Part shown: in pieces, positions 8,330 through 17,132 of the stretch
How positions within the stretch are numbered: the first letter of the stretch is position 1
Layout: every line of letters begins with the position of its first letter
Assembly (NCBI GenBank): GCA_030149205.1
Contig: JASBSB010000001.1
Span: 960,001 to 992,000 of the forward strand
Direction: 5' to 3'
Origin: Candidatus Heimdallarchaeota archaeon
Lineage (GTDB): Archaea; Asgardarchaeota; Heimdallarchaeia; Heimdallarchaeales; Kariarchaeaceae
DNA length: 32,000 bases
The notes under the pieces: generated by a model
Seen by the model: the letters and a program-made list of their open reading frames with translations, nothing else
Told to the model about the DNA's origin: nothing
Database searches by the model: none
Made by a program: the position numbers and the translations under genes

Positions 8330-9025
8330 TTATACTTTATTTTTAATTTTCCTTAAGGTTACACCCAGAACAAATATACCTAGAGCGGTTAACAGAAGTT
8401 CAAATCCAGGCACAGGAGAAGAACCTGTAGCTGCATTGCTAGAATTTCTAGTAATTAGAAAAGATGAAATATTCGCATCACTTCTAGCTCCATTCCATGA
8501 TTCAACATGTCCTCCGAATTTTAGTGCAACCCCTGTACTCTTTTCATATAGAACGAATGTTGATGCAACCATTCCCAAAGACCCAAGAACAAATTGAAAA
8601 TTGAAACTCATATTAAATTCTGTTGTGGATACATCATTCATTTTATATGGATTTAGGAAACCTCCAAAATTTGACGAATTCCCCCAGTATCCCCAATCTG
8701 TGTATAGAATCATGCTTGTGGGGGAAGACATGTTGGAAGAATCTGTTACAGTTTTTCCACCTGCCGTCATAGTGTATTTTACTGTATCATTAGATTTAAT
8801 TATCTCTTTTACTTCCATAGTTATCACTTCTCCCTTAGTAATAGTAAGATTTGAGAAAGACGGAGCTACAGTATTTGTTAGGGGAATGTTATAACTTTCA
8901 ACTTTAAAGGTAAATTTATCACCTACCTTGACACCTATCTTTGAAGTATCAATACTTGCATTCACGCTACTTATCAAAAGTAGAGCGGTAAATAGTCCTA
9001 AGACCAATATTTTTCTTTGGTTCAT
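8330..9025 (-). CDS. Secreted surface protein with PGF-CTERM-like sorting signal
   Basis: Signal peptide MNQRKILVLGLF...VNA; C-terminal S/T linker + VPGF + transmembrane helix + RKIKNK; multiple NxS/T sequons. Confidence 0.8.
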   Translation of the reverse strand: MNQRKILVLGLFTALLLISSVNASIDTSKIGVKVGDKFTFKVESYNIPLTNTVAPSFSNLTITKGEVITMEVKEIIKSNDTVKYTMTAGGKTVTDSSNMSSPTSMILYTDWGYWGNSSNFGGFLNPYKMNDVSTTEFNMSFNFQFVLGSLGMVASTFVLYEKSTGVALKFGGHVESWNGARSDANISSFLITRNSSNAATGSSPVPGFELLLTALGIFVLGVTLRKIKNKV

Positions 9026-9050
9026 GGTAATTATATATTCTCAATAATTT

Positions 9051-9058
9051 TATTTAAA
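9051..9058 (-). promoter_or_regulatory. TATA box of the surface-protein gene
   Basis: Minus strand TTTAAATA, 26-33 nt upstream of ATG 9025. Confidence 0.45.
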
Positions 9059-9171
9059 CATAATTAATCAATTTGTATAATTGTTTTGCTATAGTATTGC
9101 ATTCTGAATTTAATTCCAATTTTGTAATAAGTCACAATATCCAAATGTACGGTGTTCAAATATTCAAGTCA

Positions 9172-9963
9172 TTAGGATTTCTTTAGTTGTTTGATTGCTT
9201 CAAGACGTGAAACATATGTTGATAAAAGATGTTCATTCAAAGACTCTAATTCAACGAGTTTGATACTACTTTCTAATGTAGAACCTAGTTTCTCAAAGGC
9301 ATTGGGAGAGAAAATCAAGCGGTTTGAACCATCAATGAGAACAATTTTGTTAACATGACGGTACCCTAAAGCTTTTGGGGGAAGGTGCCCCACTATATCT
9401 TTGTCATTTTGAATAACCCATGAGTTTTTGACTATACTATTATACCTTCTAACAAACCACCTGTTTCCAAACCTGGGGACAGCAAAACCTGTGAAATGAA
9501 CAGTTTCTTTCCTATCCTGAATCATGTCAAAGCTCAGTAAACCACCAATTGCAGCACCTAATGAGTAGCCCACAATTTCGATTGTTGGAAGGATCTTTCC
9601 AGTTATTCTTCTAAGCTCATCTATTGCGGAATATACATCGTTTTTTATACTTTCATAAGCAGACAAAAATCCAGAATGTACTTTAGGTTTGAATAGTATT
9701 CTTCTTACTTGAGGATATTCTGTGAAGAGTAGATTGACATCACTAAAGAAGTTCTTTTCACTTCGACTACCCTTGAAACATATCAATATCGATCTATGTC
9801 CTTCAGCTATATACAGACCAACATCAGTCTTTTCATTTGATATCTCTTTAAAATACTCAAACCCGTATCGTCGTATATCCTTTTGAATTGTTTCCTTACT
9901 TGAGAAGGCAAGGTCAGCTAGCTTAGCATAAACAATCGCCTGCTCAATATCAAATGATTCCAT
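9172..9963 (-). CDS. Class 3 lipase family protein
   Basis: ICFKGS, KVHSGFLSAY, nucleophile elbow VGYSLGAA, FAVPRFGN, QNDKDIVGHLPP, C-terminal H (EHLLSTY). Confidence 0.9.
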   Translation of the reverse strand: MESFDIEQAIVYAKLADLAFSSKETIQKDIRRYGFEYFKEISNEKTDVGLYIAEGHRSILICFKGSRSEKNFFSDVNLLFTEYPQVRRILFKPKVHSGFLSAYESIKNDVYSAIDELRRITGKILPTIEIVGYSLGAAIGGLLSFDMIQDRKETVHFTGFAVPRFGNRWFVRRYNSIVKNSWVIQNDKDIVGHLPPKALGYRHVNKIVLIDGSNRLIFSPNAFEKLGSTLESSIKLVELESLNEHLLSTYVSRLEAIKQLKKS

Positions 9964-10191
9964 AGCAGAGATTAGACCCTATATATAAAATGGCTTTCAA
10001 TTATAAGATGAATATTGCTAAAGTTTTGCAATCCTCGAACGTAAAATAGTAGTTAAATCAAACGATAAAATATAAATGGGTTAAGGTTACCTAGCATTTG
10101 GAGAGGTTAATCTATAACTGTTCTGATCATCAATAGGCACGAAAGAGTTAAGAAAGTCAATATTGATGGTGCTAAAGTTGAACACAGAACA

Positions 10192-11487
10192 GTGTTAAAT
10201 GAATTTTCTGATTTACAATCAAACGCTGACCCCTATCATTTAATTGTATTTAACATGGATCGTGTTACAAAAAGAGATTTAGATTTTTACAGGAAACTTT
10301 TGAGAGAATTACGTCTGAGATTCCCAGGGATACACAGAGTGGTTGTAAATAAGAAAGTCTCACTAAAACAAACACTGGTAGAGTGGAAGACAAAAGGATG
10401 GATTACAAAATTATATGAAGATTTTGCTGATGAGAAATTTCTTCATTTTGTTTCAAACAGTCTGACTAAAGATCCAAGATCTAGACTCAAAACACCAGTG
10501 ATTTTGGATACGTCAAGCTTGGAAAATCAGCATTACATAAGTGACACATTCTTACAGCTTATTTCTACCATGACAAGTTCTGATAAGTCCACAGAGATTG
10601 GAAACCTCTTTATTGACTTTTTGCGAGGGAAAATTAGTGAGCTTAGAATGGTTCTAGAAATATTTAATGCAAATCCTATTAAAAACTTAGATCAGAGAGA
10701 AAAATTGATAGAAACTGCCTCAGATGTACTCAATCAAATTGAGATTCTAATATATTTCTTTGACCAAAAAATTCTTAGTATTCACATATATTTCATTCAG
10801 TCAGTCTTAAATTATCTATCAGGACACCAACACCTTGCTAATGATTCACTCAAAACTGCATTGGAATTCAAATCCTGGTTTGAGGGAAACTACCCAGAAC
10901 TTGATTTTTCAGTCTTGAATTCAGAAATAAATAGAATATCAACCATAACAGAGCAATTCTCCAAAGTGTTGACTGAGGATATTGAGCTGACATGTCGAAA
11001 AAGTATTGTGAATGTGGTAGCAGATGATATTCTTTCTTATATATCAATTAATAGTTTCATGTTTGAGTCTAATCATCAGGTAAAGAAGGATTTGACATTT
11101 ATTATGATTTATGACTCTATTACACTTTATTCAAAAACTTCTAAAAGGTACGCCAACAAAGAAATACCAACCCTTGTAGGTTCATTCATCTCAGCCCTTT
11201 TTGCGTTGGTATCTGAGATTGATGAAAATGAGGATAGAATTGATACAATAACTTTGTTTAAGGGGGCAATCTATCTCTTCAAAAGTCAGAAATTTATCTT
11301 CGTTCTCTATACCAATTTCCAAGATTTAAGGGATAAAATCGCACTTAAAAGATTAGGGCTCTCATTGGTTAATGAATTGAAAGGCAGTGACGAAATAACT
11401 TATGGGGTCTCCTCTCAGGTACAAAATCTAATCACTAAGACTTTAATCAAGTATTTCCCATCATTTAATGGGTTTAAGCAATCCTAA
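10192..11487 (+). CDS. Hypothetical protein: receiver-like N-terminus, helical middle, C-terminal longin/roadblock-like domain; true start probably upstream
   Basis: C-terminus FIMIYDSITLY...LVGSFISALFALVSEI...AIYLF...FIFVLY fits the Asgard longin-like pattern. The frame is open upstream to 10111 (SITVLIIN...). Confidence 0.6.
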   Translation: MLNEFSDLQSNADPYHLIVFNMDRVTKRDLDFYRKLLRELRLRFPGIHRVVVNKKVSLKQTLVEWKTKGWITKLYEDFADEKFLHFVSNSLTKDPRSRLKTPVILDTSSLENQHYISDTFLQLISTMTSSDKSTEIGNLFIDFLRGKISELRMVLEIFNANPIKNLDQREKLIETASDVLNQIEILIYFFDQKILSIHIYFIQSVLNYLSGHQHLANDSLKTALEFKSWFEGNYPELDFSVLNSEINRISTITEQFSKVLTEDIELTCRKSIVNVVADDILSYISINSFMFESNHQVKKDLTFIMIYDSITLYSKTSKRYANKEIPTLVGSFISALFALVSEIDENEDRIDTITLFKGAIYLFKSQKFIFVLYTNFQDLRDKIALKRLGLSLVNELKGSDEITYGVSSQVQNLITKTLIKYFPSFNGFKQS

Positions 11488-11534
11488 ATAGCCTCTTTCA
11501 TGTTCTTAATAAGATTCAATTTCGAACTATCCTA

Positions 11535-12776
11535 GTGGAAACACTAAGAAATATTTATGGGATTTATCTTTTTACCTTCCTTAATTCCTTAGGGAGGGGA
11601 ATCTGGTTGGGAAATGTATTGAGTGCCTATATATATTTCTTAGCAAACCAATCATATTCTTCTCTCGGGATAGTCTCATCTATCACAGGATTTGCTTCTA
11701 CTATTATTTTATTCCCTGCGGGGTATTTAACTGATCGGTTTCCTCGAGTACTTGTCTTATACAGCGGGGCAGTATTTGGAATAATTAGTCTAATCATTTT
11801 ATGGTTCACTAGTAGTTTAAATGGAGTCATTTGGGGATTGTTTTTTTGGGGATTATTCAATGGGAGTATGTCCCCCAGTACAGAGGCTTTGTTTGCTGAC
11901 TCTATTGTGACAGGAAACAGATCCCCTATTTACACAAAAAGGTATATCATTCAACAGGTTGCTATGGCTGTAGGTCCTTTTCTAAATATTGCATCTTTTC
12001 TTTATCTCGGGGACAATTGGAGCTTACCAATTTTAAAGGCAGTAATGAACATAGGAATCTCTTTTTCTGCACTTGCGATCTTAAGTTTATTCTTAGTGAA
12101 TGACAAGTTTACAATGGGAAGGAGCAGTGAATCAATTGACACAAAAGATACAATGAATCATAACCAAAAAGTTAGCAACAGCAAAGTGCCTTACATCCTT
12201 CTTTCAGCAAACTTAATCGTGGGAATTGGAGCTGGCATGACTATTCGGTACTTTCAGATCTTTTTTCTGGAGATTTACAAACTGTTTCCAGTGGGATTAA
12301 ATCTTTTGATGGGAGTCCTATTTGTTGTTACTGCTTTAGCAGGTCACCTGGCTCAGAAGGTTTCAACAAGATGGGGACGACCTCAAATAATATTCACTGT
12401 CCAGATGCTTGGAACCATTTGTCTTTTTCTAATAGCACTTTATCCACCATTAAGCATTTTAGTAATCATATTTTTATTAAGAGGCTCATTGATGAATGCG
12501 GCTCAACCACTTTCTAGATCTATTTTAATGGACTATATCCCAAAAAAAAGCCGAGGGAAATGGAATGCAGCCCAATTTATTGCTTGGGGTCTTTTTTGGA
12601 ACCTCTCAGCCATAATTGGAGGATTTTTAATTGAACAGTTTGGGTATCGAATAAACTTCTTAATTACAGCTGGAATCTATGTTATAGGCACACTTCCAAT
12701 TTTGCTACTTTTTTCAGCTGTTCCGAAGGAATCCACACCTAAAATTTCTCCCTCGGTTCATGCAGTAGCAGATTGA
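11535..12776 (+). CDS. MFS transporter
   Basis: About 12 hydrophobic segments; motif A (GYLTDRFPR) and second-half copy (KVSTRWGR); D..P.K.RG in the cytoplasmic loop. Confidence 0.92.
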   Translation: METLRNIYGIYLFTFLNSLGRGIWLGNVLSAYIYFLANQSYSSLGIVSSITGFASTIILFPAGYLTDRFPRVLVLYSGAVFGIISLIILWFTSSLNGVIWGLFFWGLFNGSMSPSTEALFADSIVTGNRSPIYTKRYIIQQVAMAVGPFLNIASFLYLGDNWSLPILKAVMNIGISFSALAILSLFLVNDKFTMGRSSESIDTKDTMNHNQKVSNSKVPYILLSANLIVGIGAGMTIRYFQIFFLEIYKLFPVGLNLLMGVLFVVTALAGHLAQKVSTRWGRPQIIFTVQMLGTICLFLIALYPPLSILVIIFLLRGSLMNAAQPLSRSILMDYIPKKSRGKWNAAQFIAWGLFWNLSAIIGGFLIEQFGYRINFLITAGIYVIGTLPILLLFSAVPKESTPKISPSVHAVAD

Positions 12777-12843
12777 TACTGATTCTCACACGTCAATATA
12801 CAAGGTATAGTAATATTTATTAAGCTAAAATTAACTTTAAGGT

Positions 12844-13272
12844 ATGTTAGCAAATTTAACGGACTATGAAAATTGTAGTATTTGGAATGGTTTAAGAATT
12901 ATTCGACCCAAATGGACAATTCAGATAATTTTAGAGATTATGGTATCACCTGAAACGTCCTTAAGTTTTTCAGAGTTGGAAAAATTGATCCCTGATATTA
13001 ATCCCAGAATGCTATCAAATAGGCTGAAAGATCTCTGTAAGTACAAGATCATTGAATCTTTCACTGAAAACCCAAAAACCCCTAAAAAGGTGAGATATAA
13101 ATTGACTAAAGCGGGAGCTGGATTGGTGCATGTAATAGTCACCCTGAGGGATTGGTCGACAGAATTCATCTCAGAAAACCCAGACTGCAAAAATGACACC
13201 TGTAGACACATTTTAAGATTAAAGCTAAACTTTGCTAAAGAATGGGGTGTAATTTCAGGAGAAACTAAATAA
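12844..13272 (+). CDS. HxlR/DUF24 winged-helix transcriptional regulator
   Basis: CSI...KWT..I, LSFSEL...I.PRMLS.RLK.L, KVRYKLT.AG; TTTATTAAG at 12816-12824 upstream. Confidence 0.92.
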   Translation: MLANLTDYENCSIWNGLRIIRPKWTIQIILEIMVSPETSLSFSELEKLIPDINPRMLSNRLKDLCKYKIIESFTENPKTPKKVRYKLTKAGAGLVHVIVTLRDWSTEFISENPDCKNDTCRHILRLKLNFAKEWGVISGETK

Positions 13273-13693
13273 AATTTGCAACGTCAAAATAAGCCAATAT
13301 TAAAGCATATACTATATGAGCCATCAAAATTCCAATACTCATTTTCACCCACCACTCTCTGGGGGCTTTCATCATTCCAAGCATTGCAATCATCATAATA
13401 GCAAAGATCATTGCATAAACAATCTCGTTCAAGTATGAGCCCAAGGTTATTTTCAATATCCCAACCCAAAGGTAATCATATACGAGAGGGTGAATAAGCG
13501 TTCCAATCATAAAGTGTACCCCCCAGGCACTCATTTTTGGCATACCCATCATTTCATTCATCATGCCTCCCAATCCGTCAGAGATCATACTCCAACTTGG
13601 GGGCATCAATTGCATCATGTAACCGTAGACAATCATTATAGACATAACAATTGTTCCTAAGAAACCACCGAGAATTAAATTTGGTAGAGTCAT
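13265..13693 (-). CDS. Small Met-rich four-helix membrane protein
   Basis: GGFLGTIVMS, AWGVHFMIG, AHIVY; 22 Met in 142 aa; TATA-like TTATAAAT about 23-30 nt upstream. Confidence 0.75.
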   Translation of the reverse strand: MTLPNLILGGFLGTIVMSIMIVYGYMMQLMPPSWSMISDGLGGMMNEMMGMPKMSAWGVHFMIGTLIHPLVYDYLWVGILKITLGSYLNEIVYAMIFAIMMIAMLGMMKAPREWWVKMSIGILMAHIVYALILAYFDVANFI

Positions 13694-13797
13694 GAAGACA
13701 TATTTGTTTTGAATTATTTATAAGACAGCTACGAATTTTCAAACTTGCTAAGAAATATTGCACATTTTTATCAAAATTCAATATGAAAATTAAACAA

Positions 13798-14418
13798 TTA
13801 ATTCTTCTGAAATATCATTGAAATATGCACTGGTGATATTCTCATGGTTGCAATAAAATTAAATGAAAAAAGATTACACATAAATTCCCAATCCTTAGAA
13901 GAATACCAACTAAAATTTCTTCTTCTACGAATTTTCTCCCCAACAGTTAATCTCTGAAAAGAGGAAGATTGCTCAAAGTACTCAAAATAGGTTTTTACTG
14001 GTTGTTGATCCCAATCCAAAATTACCAAATATCCACCATCAACTAAGGAAGAATGTATTGCCTTTAATACATCATCTAAATTTTCGAAGGACCTAAGAAC
14101 ACGAGATGCAAATATAACAGAATATTTACCATGCAAGTTAGTGTCTTCTTGTAAATGTTGTTTTATCAATGAATAAGGTTTCCCAAAGGATTTTAACCTT
14201 ATTTTGGACTCCTCCAACATTTCAGGTCTTAAATCTATCCCAGTAACAGAACCAGGGTTAAACCTCTCACAGATCTGCTCTAAAAGGAGTCCAGGTCCAC
14301 ACCCAATATCGAGGACAGAATTAAATCGTTTAACATGCTTCTTAACAAACTGGAAATATTGCTCCGTATGAACCTCTGAGAATGATTCTATCATTCTAAG
14401 TACAAATTCATCTCTCAT
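13798..14418 (-). CDS. Class I SAM-dependent methyltransferase
   Basis: VLDIGCGPG, TGIDL, LVDGGYLVILD. Confidence 0.9.
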   Translation of the reverse strand: MRDEFVLRMIESFSEVHTEQYFQFVKKHVKRFNSVLDIGCGPGLLLEQICERFNPGSVTGIDLRPEMLEESKIRLKSFGKPYSLIKQHLQEDTNLHGKYSVIFASRVLRSFENLDDVLKAIHSSLVDGGYLVILDWDQQPVKTYFEYFEQSSSFQRLTVGEKIRRRRNFSWYSSKDWEFMCNLFSFNFIATMRISPVHISMIFQKN

Positions 14419-14455
14419 AAAATTACAATTTGTACCGAACTCTAAAAAGTACAGG

Positions 14456-15343
14456 TTATTGAACTATGCCTGGCTTATCAATCAGGATTATATCTTCCTT
14501 TTCGAAAATCAAAAATAAATAAATTAATGTCTGAAGATTTGTGTAAGGAAACATAGCATATATCTCCTGTAGTGAGCCATCGGGGGAATCCGTAAGTGAT
14601 GTGAAAAACATTCGAATATCATCATTAGTTATTCCTGTGAGCTTTTTTTCAATCATAGTCAGTTTAGAACTGAGGTCTTCTGAGAATTTGATCTGAAAGT
14701 GTATCTCATGAGCCACCAACATAGTCTGAATCATCATTCTATCAAACTCTCTTGGGGGGTCTGATATGTACTCCATGATATATTCTAGGACATCGAGAAG
14801 GAGACCTAGCGTCAGAGGAGGCAATATCTCTATTGTATCAACTAATAATTGAAACCATTGTTCCATCATCGGAGTAAATGGTCGGATACTAGATTTAAGC
14901 TCGAATTCAATCATCCCCATTTTAGATACAATGAGAGAAAGGGGATGATTAGTAGGATTGTTGTTGGTTTGCAGGATGGCACGAAGGGTATCCATTCTTA
15001 GTTCAAACTCAAAACCAGCCAAAAATGGGACGATCCCCATTTTTAGAACCTTATATCCTTTTTGATTAACTCCTTGTGTCCCAGGTTTAGGTAGACCTAC
15101 TAAACCAATGTCTGCCCCCGTTTTCATGGGTGGGAACTCAAGTTTGGTTAATGTCCTGATGGCTGCTCCAGCATCTATTTGAAGATTATGTGACTTAGTA
15201 AGCCCGTGGTTACATTTATGTCGTACAGTTAAATTGAATAAGCCATTAGGTGAATCTTCAGCATACTTTGAGATTGCTACCTCATCTAATGAGAGCTTAT
15301 TGTAGGTGTTACACTGTTCACAAAAGTATGAGGTCTTCTTCAT
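14456..15343 (-). CDS. Hypothetical protein with N-terminal Cys/His metal-binding domain and possible C-terminal winged helix
   Basis: CEQC...GL...HKCNHG...H...ID...IR pattern, which I associate with Asgard hypothetical proteins; promoter AAAAGGTTTTTTAAG upstream. Confidence 0.65.
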   Translation of the reverse strand: MKKTSYFCEQCNTYNKLSLDEVAISKYAEDSPNGLFNLTVRHKCNHGLTKSHNLQIDAGAAIRTLTKLEFPPMKTGADIGLVGLPKPGTQGVNQKGYKVLKMGIVPFLAGFEFELRMDTLRAILQTNNNPTNHPLSLIVSKMGMIEFELKSSIRPFTPMMEQWFQLLVDTIEILPPLTLGLLLDVLEYIMEYISDPPREFDRMMIQTMLVAHEIHFQIKFSEDLSSKLTMIEKKLTGITNDDIRMFFTSLTDSPDGSLQEIYAMFPYTNLQTLIYLFLIFEKEDIILIDKPGIVQ

Positions 15344-15368
15344 CTATTTATAAAAATAATCTTTCCTT

Positions 15369-15419
15369 CTTAAAAAACCTTTTGGAAATACAGAGATGTG
15401 GTTAAAGTAAGCTTTTATT
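15369..15419. promoter_or_regulatory. Back-to-back divergent BRE/TATA promoters
   Basis: Minus strand AAAAGGTTTTTTAAG (15383-15369) for ATG 15343; plus strand AAAGTAAGCTTTTATT (15404-15419) for TTG 15442. Confidence 0.55.
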
Positions 15420-15441
15420 CAAGTTCATAAAATATAAAATA

Positions 15442-16368
15442 TTGAACCCAGAGGTTGTCTCTTTGAGCTCTGATTTCATTCAGGTGGTCAATGAATCCTT
15501 GTCAATGATTCCTTTAGACTTATCTGAGTATGAAAACATCACCTCAGTTATCATCACAGATGATTTAAGATTAGTTGATATGGATAAAGTCTCATCCTCA
15601 AAGGGGATCTTATTGATCGATAATAATCCTGTTATCACAACCCATAAGGAAAACATCCTTGTTTGGGAAATAAATTTCACAGAGATCACTCCTTTCTTGC
15701 TCAACTTCAAGCTATCTGTCTTAAATAAACTGATTACAAAAGAAGTATTAAGATCTACCTCGTTTCAAAATTTAGATAGGCCCTCGCTAGAGGATAAAAA
15801 CACAATCATTTTTATCACAGGAAGTGCAGGTGCCCCTAGAATGATTACTGACATATTAACCTCCCTTCACAAAAATATTCACCCCATAATAGTCGTTCAA
15901 CACATTTCGAGGTCCTTTGACAAAAGGTTTGTAAATAGAATCAATTCCAAAGGAAAAATAAACGCGGTGTTGGTAAGTAGTTCTTCCCAACTAAAAGATA
16001 ACCAAATTTATGTTGCTCCAGCTGATTACCACATAGAGATAATAAATTCACCGAAGGGGTTTATTGTGAAGAAATCAGAAGGCTCAAAGGTAAATTTTAC
16101 AAGACCATCAGCCGATGTTACTCTGTTTTCTATGGCAAGGCTCTCAAGTTTGATTCCTTTGGTTGTAGTGATGAGTGGGATGGGAAGAGATGGAAGAGAA
16201 GGAATTAGAATTTTAAAAAGAGAAAACCCCGATACTGTGGTTATCGCATTAGATGAGGATGAAAGTCCAGTAAATGGGATGAATAGAGAGGTTATAAAAT
16301 CAAATTTTGCGGATTATGTTTTGACAACAACACAGATCATCTCATTCATTCAGAGATTTAGAGCTTGA
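15442..16368 (+). CDS. cheB: CheB-type methylesterase with degenerate N-terminal receiver-like region
   Basis: Ser-His-Asp triad motifs TGSAGA, VQHI, MSGMGRDG; also IYVAP.DYH and RPSADV. TTG start. Confidence 0.88.
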   Translation: MNPEVVSLSSDFIQVVNESLSMIPLDLSEYENITSVIITDDLRLVDMDKVSSSKGILLIDNNPVITTHKENILVWEINFTEITPFLLNFKLSVLNKLITKEVLRSTSFQNLDRPSLEDKNTIIFITGSAGAPRMITDILTSLHKNIHPIIVVQHISRSFDKRFVNRINSKGKINAVLVSSSSQLKDNQIYVAPADYHIEIINSPKGFIVKKSEGSKVNFTRPSADVTLFSMARLSSLIPLVVVMSGMGRDGREGIRILKRENPDTVVIALDEDESPVNGMNREVIKSNFADYVLTTTQIISFIQRFRA

Positions 16369-16998
16369 ACTTCTTTTAAATGCTAACGTCATCCAAAAGC
16401 GGCTTTGGTCAATCGTTTCCCATTCATACCCCTTTGATTTCATCTGATTGGTTAAATCATCTATTCTATGAAGATATGGTCTAAACGAGTTGGTTAATGC
16501 TGCAATTGGAGAAAAAAGCTTCAGAAGTACTCTAAGGAATAACCAAGGACGAGGAAGTGTGACCACAATTTCCTCAGCGTTTAATGACACACATTTATTC
16601 ATCAATGTCTCTCTATCAGGATAGCAACAAAGTACCCTATGCATGGAGACGCCATCAACACTTTCCGCATCATTGAAATTTTTAAAGTTAACCACCTTTA
16701 GATCAACACCTTCTGAAATTCCCATTTCCTTAAAATTTTCTGAAGCCTCATTGATCATTGATGTAGAGAGATCAATCCCAATAACTTTTGTTTTTGGAGA
16801 TTTATTTTTAACCTCCATAAGTAATGTTCCAGGACCACATCCTACATCTAGCACAGATTTAGGATTTGATTCAACTAGATAGTTTACATGTTTCATTGCA
16901 CTTATGGGTAAACCTGAGGACTTTTGTCTATCCGACATTCGCTTGCTTTCCCGATCAAAAAATCTACTAATGGTCTGATCCTTTGTTGTCTTATTCAT
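16342..16998 (-). CDS. Class I SAM-dependent methyltransferase (HRVLCCYPD subfamily)
   Basis: VLDVGCGPG, IGIDLS.SM, HRVLCCYPD. Confidence 0.9.
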   Translation of the reverse strand: MNKTTKDQTISRFFDRESKRMSDRQKSSGLPISAMKHVNYLVESNPKSVLDVGCGPGTLLMEVKNKSPKTKVIGIDLSTSMINEASENFKEMGISEGVDLKVVNFKNFNDAESVDGVSMHRVLCCYPDRETLMNKCVSLNAEEIVVTLPRPWLFLRVLLKLFSPIAALTNSFRPYLHRIDDLTNQMKSKGYEWETIDQSRFWMTLAFKRSSSSKSLNE

Positions 16999-17021
16999 AA
17001 ATTACCACGGGTCAGCTAGAG

Positions 17022-17035
17022 ATTTAACCTTTCGG
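17022..17035 (-). promoter_or_regulatory. BRE/TATA promoter of the 218 aa methyltransferase
   Basis: Minus strand CCGAAAGGTTAAAT, with the TATA 24-29 nt upstream of ATG 16998. Confidence 0.6.
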
Positions 17036-17132
17036 TTTTCTGAAAGGTAGGAAATCTGACATTTTCTTCTGAAAAAGTGATTACACTTTAGTTACTTTAT
17101 TAACAAGGTGTCACGCTCAATAATTATTAGAG

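Noticed and set aside
16342-16998. Mg-protoporphyrin IX methyltransferase (BchM) call as evidence of chlorophyll-type metabolism
   Set aside because: Only a loose subfamily resemblance; there are no tetrapyrrole genes nearby.
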